Source: Vitrella brassicaformis CCMP3155
Lineage: Eukaryota > Protista > Chromerida
NCBI GenBank assembly: GCA_001179505.1
Contig: CDMY01000868.1
Span: 1-14,299, forward strand
DNA: 14,299 nucleotides
Direction: 5' to 3'
The translations under genes were made by a program, and so were the position numbers. Under the pieces are notes generated by a model. The model did not search any database and was not told the origin of the DNA. It saw nothing but the letters and a program-made list of their open reading frames with translations. Within the stretch, counting starts at the first letter, position 1; each line of letters starts with the position of its first letter. Positions 8,687-14,299 of this stretch are shown here, one piece after another.

Positions 8687-9904
8687 TTAAGCCCCCCCTC
8701 GCCCATCCATCCTGACCGCAATGCATTCAGTCCACATAAGCCATGCAGACGCACTCAGTTCCCCTCCACCAATTCTCGTCACTGCCAGATGGGCAGACCC
8801 TCTCCACCAGTTAAATGCACCACCAACACCCTTCACCCCATTACTGTACGTCACGCTCCAGCTCAAATGGTCGCAGCAGACGGCGGGCGGCACCAACCGA
8901 CTCGGGGTAGCGGTCAGCGAGCGGCTGAGACCGATCGGCAGCAGGCCGCTCGGTCGTGTGCAGGTAGATGTAGCCGTACTCCACCACCATATGACGGTCT
9001 CGTTGGGTCGGAAGCCGCTCAGAATCAGACGACGAAAGTCCCACACACCAGAATCATTCAGATCGCCCCCATCATAGCGGTAGTCGACAGCGATGCCCAA
9101 ATCCTCTGTGATGTCGTCGGCCCTCAGCAGACGGCGACGCCGAGGATCATCACGGCCGATGTTGGCCGACAGCACCCTCCTGTGACCCACTCCCTGTCCA
9201 TCCGACCAGCAGAAGAGCATCCTGTGCAGCAGGAATGCCGAGAACGAGCGTATGAGATTGGCGCCCTGGCGGATGACGGGATCAGTCCGCTTGTAGCCCT
9301 CAGCGTAGCGATGGCCGCCCGGCAGCTCACCCAACGGCACCACACGAAATGACTCATAGCCGATCCGATAGCTCCCACTGCCGATTTGCTGCAGCGCCAG
9401 GCTGGGTGTGTTGTGTGTGAGCTGCTGGCTGAACGTCTTGTAGATGGCCATGGCCAAGGGCAGCTGGTGGAAGGCCGTTGCTGTGGGCAGTGCGTCAGCC
9501 GACAGCCGGAGGAGCCGCGTTGCATTGGGCGTCAGCCGATAGATGAAGGCCATCCGAAGGAACCGCCCCATCGCCCGCCACTCCTCGCCACTGCCCCGCT
9601 CCAGCACATAGACCACCTTCAAGCCGGCCTCCACATCACCGCCAATGTCGAAGGCCAACACGTCCGCCAGCCCCAGACGAATGATGTGCTCATCCACGCG
9701 GCGCCTGACCTCACAGAGCATCGTGTCGACATCATCGGGATGGCTGTTGCTGATGTGTGAGCGGAGAGCGGCGCGTCTGTTGGGGTCAGGTGACATGGCC
9801 ACTGCAGCCGCCTTGCTGATGGCGATGCTGCGCAGGGGCGGGACTGCCGGCGGGGCGGTGTGGCGAGTGGCATGGGGAGGGGGAGGCTGGGCAGAGGACG
9901 CCAT
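8687..9904 (-). pseudogene. Subfamily A copy 2 (A2); intronless ORF with a 7-nt deletion at 8993/8994 that frameshifts the C-terminus (ancestral frame ends 8841; shifted frame ends 8687). May be a truncated functional allele rather than a dead gene
   Basis: A1 plus strand atg-ggcggcg-acggtct versus A2 atg-acggtct. The ancestral tail HMVVEYGYIYLHTTERPAADRSQPLADRYPESVGAARRLL survives in another frame (ORF 8841..9044). Confidence 0.7.
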
Positions 9905-9920
9905 CAGTCAGTCAACCCAC

Positions 9921-10297
9921 CTGAATCAAGGACACACACAAAGTGGCAATCAGTGCTGCCGAGATGAGTGTGCTCACCTTAGAACACTTGGCTATGAAGG
10001 AATCTCTGTCAGCAGCCCACCGCCATATGTGATGGATGCGCTGGTGACTCTGCAGGCACACACACAGCAGCATTATCCATCAGTGTCAGTCAATGCGACA
10101 GCGAAGGAATCGGACGAGCCACTGACCGTCAGCAATGGCTCCAGCGGCCCAAACTTTGAGGAGCAATCGAGTGGCTAGGCGGCCGTCGTTAGCGAGCCAA
10201 CGAGGCACTGTGAGAGATCTGCAGGCACACAAAACACCAAGCAGCAGTCGACTGAAGCATTTCAACGCTTCATCTGCCTCTTTCGCCGCCACCTTAC
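9921..10297 (-). other. Spliced 5' leader of A2 with three introns (10219..10297, 10050..10126, 9921..9977)
   Basis: Minus-strand donors gtaagg, gtcagt, gtgagc and acceptors tgtgcctgcag, tgtgcctgcag, ccttgattcag. An in-frame TGA lies just upstream of ATG 9904. All six sites are retained upstream of A3. Confidence 0.7.
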
Positions 10298-10774
10298 CCT
10301 CTCTGAGCGTCTTGAGAGCTAGAAACCTTTGGCTCTCGGCGATCTGCGAGCTTTGGCTTTACGTCATCTTTTTGCGATATTCTGGTGACAACAGGGCCGC
10401 GTAGAGTGTCGGGAAGATGCCCAAAGAGCCGCTGTGATGACATCAATCACCACAGATGCTGCCGTCATCTCCATGAGTGACGCTGATCGGACGCATTGAG
10501 GTGAGGGAGGGGACGCAGGAGGGATTCATGGAATCAGCAATGACCGTCTGTGTGGTCTCTGTGTGTGTGTGGCAGATTTGACGCCTTTTGAGTATCGTTG
10601 TGCGGTTGAGCGGGAGAGGGGGAGAGCACTCAGTGAGACCATCATGGGCAGCAAAGCAACCAAGGTACGGGAAGCGAAACCAGGCTGCTCGGATGTTGAC
10701 AGATCGATGAGGCGCCGCAGATCCATTCACTGATGTGATGATCCGTGATGTGTCTGTTTGTGAGTGGGCAGATC

Positions 10775-12055
10775 ATGTCGGCTGCTGCTGCTGGGGCTGG
10801 TGGCTCTGTGGCTGACGAGCCGTCCTCGTCGGCTGCGCCTGCCGCCAATGGCAACCAACAAGTTCGCTGCAGAAGGACACGACAATGCCGGCACACAGCT
10901 GTCTGTGTGTGTTGGGCTGCAGGTGCGGTCAGTGCACCTTCTGCCAACCACCACCACCAGCACCAGCAGCATGATCGCCTTATCGGTGCCGCTGACGTGC
11001 CGCAAGATGTCGCCCCGACGGTTGCCGAGTACGTCAGGAGTTACGCACAGCTGGAGGCCCTCGTCGACGGCCATCCCACCCAATTCACCGCCGCCGTCCT
11101 CACACGACTCCTGCCCATCCTGCAGCGGCTGCTGGGCACGCTGCTGGCCTCTCTCGGCCTCGGTGGCTTCCTGGTGTGCCTCATCCCCCAGCTGCCCCTC
11201 CCTGCGGCACTCAGCCACGGCTGCTGCACCGCATACCTCATCCAACAGCTCACACGCCGACTGTTCATGCTCGAGAGGGGCGGCAATTGGGCCAGATGGC
11301 GGCCTCATCTGGAGATGCTGTACTTGCTGCAAGGCAATAGGCCTGTGGTGCTGGGCGATGGCAACTTCGGTGTGTTCGGCAGCCGGGCGGCCTTCATCGG
11401 CGAGACGGAGGCCGTCCGGCAGTGGAAGATACTCAGCCGGGGCGTCATTGTGAGTCACAGAGGCCAGCAGAGACGACTGATGGACGGCGACACGATTCTC
11501 CACGAAGGTGTCTTTGTCGCACGTCCAGCCCGTTCCGCCCCCGCCCTCCTCCCTTCTGCCAGCCCCCTTTTCCCTCACGTACCATTTGACCCCGCCGATC
11601 CGCCCACTAAGATGAACGGCTTGACGCACCCAAACTACACCTCAATGGTGGCAATCGTCCTGTTCTACTGGCTGGTCGGTTGCGGCCACATCCCTTGGAT
11701 CAGGTCCTGGATGTGGAACCCTCAAGCCTCTCGTCCCTGGTGGTCTGACAGTAGTTCCTCTTCTGCCTCCCGGCGTGTGAGAGGGCTGCTGTCGGCCCCT
11801 CCCAGCAAAGTGGCACAGAGGGGGGCGGGAGTGGCTTTGTTCGACGGGAAGTTGCAGTGGTGGGGGGGGCATCAGCGGCTGGTGGTGCTGGGCAGTGAGG
11901 CGATGGGCGAGGGGCACATGGCACTCATTTGGCTGGGCGATTGGTGGTTTGACCGCAGGGTCAGCATCTACTCAACCGAGTCGTTCCCCCACGACAAGAC
12001 GCGCACTGCCGTGATGGGTGTGCTGGGGGAGGAGGAAGAGCAATTAGGTAGATAG
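10775..12055 (+). CDS. Unknown family, subfamily B copy 2 (B2), about 426 aa if unspliced; N-terminal ~70 aa uncertain (possible in-frame intron ending at 10922)
   Basis: Open frame from ATG 10775 to TAG 12055, paralogous to B1 from VPQ..PTVAEYVRSY onward. (TG)-rich intron-like sequence with a ctgcag acceptor at 10917-10922. Confidence 0.8.
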   Translation: MSAAAAGAGGSVADEPSSSAAPAANGNQQVRCRRTRQCRHTAVCVCWAAGAVSAPSANHHHQHQQHDRLIGAADVPQDVAPTVAEYVRSYAQLEALVDGHPTQFTAAVLTRLLPILQRLLGTLLASLGLGGFLVCLIPQLPLPAALSHGCCTAYLIQQLTRRLFMLERGGNWARWRPHLEMLYLLQGNRPVVLGDGNFGVFGSRAAFIGETEAVRQWKILSRGVIVSHRGQQRRLMDGDTILHEGVFVARPARSAPALLPSASPLFPHVPFDPADPPTKMNGLTHPNYTSMVAIVLFYWLVGCGHIPWIRSWMWNPQASRPWWSDSSSSSASRRVRGLLSAPPSKVAQRGAGVALFDGKLQWWGGHQRLVVLGSEAMGEGHMALIWLGDWWFDRRVSIYSTESFPHDKTRTAVMGVLGEEEEQLGR

Positions 12056-12121
12056 TATATGGTGTGCTGGAGGGCCTTCGCCGCCAGTCATTGTACAGAT
12101 TGATTTCGATCAAGAGGATGA

Positions 12122-12141
12122 GACAGACAGACAGACAGACA
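12122..12141. repeat. (GACA)5 downstream of the B2 stop
   Basis: Directly visible. Confidence 0.95.
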
Positions 12142-12768
12142 TCGGGTGTTCCTTCCTTTGCAAACCGCATGGAAAGACTGTGTGTACCAGTTGGAAACAA
12201 AGGCTCTTGTGACGTTCGGCATCATGGTGGACGGGTGACTTCAAATTGAGTGACTGCCGGGCTTCCGCTGACTGAGTGGTTGTATGTGTGTGGCCATCCA
12301 TGGTGAACTCACGAAGACTGCTCGACTGGCCGGCCATATGTGTGGTCTTCATGGACTCTCTCTCTCTCTCTGTGTGTGTCGCTGTGTGTGTGTCGATGTG
12401 TGTGTGAATGTGTGGTGACTTCCTGTGACTGAGTCGACTCGTGTGCATCATGTTGATCAGTGTTCGTCGAGCCGCTCGCCCGTGGACGCCAAACCAGCAC
12501 TCAACCAGCTGACATCTCGGCGATCGATAACTGTGTGGTTCTTTCAGTCATCCATTTGATTAAAGCCGTGCAGTCAAGTGAGTCTGACATGAACTAGTAG
12601 GGCGTCCAGCCACCCCCTCTGACGGCACACAATGCAATCAGTCACACCAGTGATTTAAACGCACTCATCGCCTTCCGCAACTGCTCGTCAGGCAGACAGA
12701 CAGGCAAACACCCCTCCCTCTCCACCCATTTCGGGCACCGCCAACACCCAGCCGACAGCCACCGCCGC

Positions 12769-13882
12769 TCACCCCATCACCCATCCCCTGTCGATGACAT
12801 CACTCTCGAGATCGAATCGCCCCAGCAGATGGCGCCACAAGGGCATCGACTCGGGATAGCGGTCGGCAAGCGGCTGAGACCGGCGGCAAGCAGGTCGCTC
12901 AGTTGTGAACAGCTCGATGGTACCATTCCCCTCGATGGCACCATTCCCCACCCACAGATAGGCAGCGATGGTCTCATTCGGCCGGAATCCACTGAGAGAC
13001 ACGACGGTCGTCAGTCGCGCCAGCATCATTTAGATCGCCCCGGTCGTAGCGGAAGTCGAAAGGGATGCCCAAATCCTTTGTGATGTCGTCGGTCCTCAGC
13101 AGCAGACGGCCATAGCGATGATTGTCACGCCCGATGATTGCCCACAGCACACTCCGCACGCCCACTCCCTCTCCATAGCGCCACCAGCGGGGCACCCTGT
13201 TCAGCAGGAGTACCGAGAAGGAGCGATAGAGTACGGGGCCGCATCGGATGACTGGATCGGTCCGCTTGTAGCCCTCGGCATAGGGATGGCCGCCCGGCAG
13301 CTCACCCAACGGCACCACCCGAAAGAGCGCCTCATTGCGGATCCGATAGTGTCCGTTGTCGCCTTGCTGCAGCGCCAGTGTGGTCCCTTTGTATGTGAGC
13401 TGCTGGCCGATGATCTTGTAGATGCCCATGGCGAGGGGCAGCTGGTGGAAGGCCGTTGCTGTGGGCAGCGAAGCAGCCGACAGATGGAGGGGCCGCGTCG
13501 TGTTGGGGGTCAGCCGGTAGATGAAGGCCAGCCGAAGAAACCGCCCCATCGCCCGCCACTCCTCGCCACTGCCCCGCTCCAGCACATAGACCACCTTCAA
13601 GCCGGCCTCCACATCACCGCCAATGTCGAAGGCCAAGACGTCCGCCAGCGCCAGACGACTGATGTGCTCATCCACGCGGCGCCTCACCTCATAGAGCATC
13701 GTGTCGACATCATCGAGATGGCTGCCGCTGATCTGTGAGCGGAGAGCGGCACGTCTGTTGGGGTCAGGTGACATGGCCATTTCAGCCGCCTTGCTGATGG
13801 CGATGCTGCGCAGGGGCGGGACTGCCGGCGGTGCGGTGTGGCCATTGGGAGGGGCAGGGGGAGGCTGGGACGAGGACGTCAT
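12769..13882 (-). pseudogene. Subfamily A copy 3 (A3); intronless ORF with a 2-nt deletion at ~12994-13000 that frameshifts the C-terminus (main ORF stops 12974; ancestral frame continues to 12769)
   Basis: Between ccRct and acgacg on the plus strand A1 and A2 have 9 nt (cacaatcac / cagaatcag) but A3 has 7 (gagagac). The tail SGFRPNETIAAYL...SQPLADRYP...DVIDRGWVMG* is in another frame (ORF 12769..13029). Confidence 0.7.
12913..12948. repeat. 18-bp tandem duplication (ctcgatggYaccattccc x2) inside the A3 tail, encoding GNGAIE GNGTIE
   Basis: Two adjacent copies at 12913-12930 and 12931-12948 with one mismatch; absent from A1 and A2. Confidence 0.95.
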
Positions 13883-14299
13883 CAGTCAGTCAACTGATCT
13901 GAATCAAGGACACACACAACACAAGGTGACAATCAGTACTCGAGATGAGTGTGCGTCTGTGCGCACCTTAAAGCACTTGGCTATGAAGGAATCTCTGTCA
14001 GCAGCCCAACACCAGACGGCTGCAGGCACACACACAGTAGAGTGGACAGCAGGGGGTACACAAGCATCCATCAGACGAGGAAGTCGTCAGGCGAGCCACT
14101 GACCGTCAGCAATGCCCACCAGCGGCCCAAGTGAAGCAATGGTGTGGCTATGCGGCCGTCGTCAGCGAGTCAAGGAGGCACTGTGAGAGATCTGCAGGCA
14201 CACAAAACACCGAAGCAGCAGCTGACTGAAGCATTTCAACGCTTCATCTGCCTCTTTCGCTGCCGCCTTACCCTACTCTGAGCGGCCTCAGAGCTTCAG
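13883..14299. repeat. Segmental duplicate of 9905-~10320 (upstream non-coding region of the A gene), direct orientation
   Basis: Long shared strings such as ctgaatcaaggacacacacaa, cacttggctatgaaggaatctctgtcagcagccca, gagccactgaccgtcagcaatg, gaggcactgtgagagatctgcaggcacacaaaacacc, gactgaagcatttcaacgcttcatctgcctctttcgc. Confidence 0.95.
13899..14271 (-). other. Spliced 5' leader of A3 with three introns (14192..14271, 14020..14103, 13899..13966)
   Basis: Donors gtaagg, gtcagt, gtgcgc and acceptors tgtgcctgcag, tgtgcctgcag, ccttgattcag at positions homologous to the A2 leader. Confidence 0.7.

Noticed and set aside
8985-9000. Programmed ribosomal frameshifting at the A2 and A3 lesions
   Set aside because: No slippery heptamer or shared signal; the two indels differ in size and net frame.
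10862-10922. Intron in B2 using the gttcgc donor
   Set aside because: Its length of 61 nt would shift the ATG-10775 frame out of the conserved B frame; only weaker donors at 10800 (GT) or 10851 (GC) keep phase, so the B2 N-terminal structure is left unresolved.
10727-11629. 300-aa minus-strand ORF, plus similar ORFs at 4896-5417, 8789-9352, 9386-9760 and 13118-13738
   Set aside because: Antisense or alternative-frame shadows of A and B genes, expected in GC-rich coding DNA; no independent motifs.
4776-14299. Autonomous transposon, retroelement or endogenous virus as the explanation for the array
   Set aside because: No RT, integrase, transposase, helicase, capsid or polymerase motifs, and no LTR, TIR or TSD found by eye.
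1-14299. CRISPR array, tRNA, rRNA or prokaryotic operon features
   Set aside because: No regularly spaced direct repeats with spacers and no cloverleaf or rRNA signatures; the sequence is spliceosomal-intron eukaryotic DNA.

Overview
Eukaryotic, GC-rich DNA with short microsatellite-filled introns, (CA)n/(GT)n, (GATG)n, (GACA)n and (GAGT)n. It is most consistent with a chromerid alga such as Vitrella (inference from style and from a red-lineage plastid leader). The left 4.8 kb holds two intron-dense genes arranged head-to-head: a 4-exon plastid-targeted PAP/fibrillin (minus, 442-1636) and a 16-exon DUF179 (YqgE/AlgH-like) gene (plus, ~1800-4775) with three GC-AG introns. From ~5.0 kb to the window end the architecture switches to a tandem array of an unrecognised gene family whose coding bodies are intronless or nearly so: A1(-) B1(+) A2(-) B2(+) A3(-), i.e. 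a divergent A/B cassette repeated every ~3.7-4.0 kb. By-eye alignment shows A and B are distant homologues over their full length. Paralogues have invariant blocks separated by hypervariable segments, and A2 looks like an A3/A1 chimera. A2 and A3 carry independent frameshifts about 30 aligned nt apart that both remove the same C-terminal module. A2 and A3 share a leader with three conserved introns, and B1 ends in a CaaX motif. The paired-paralogue cassette is the main candidate for an undescribed system (recognition, sensor-executor or toxin-antidote-like; function is inference only). A 300-N gap (5993-6292) hides the start of A1.
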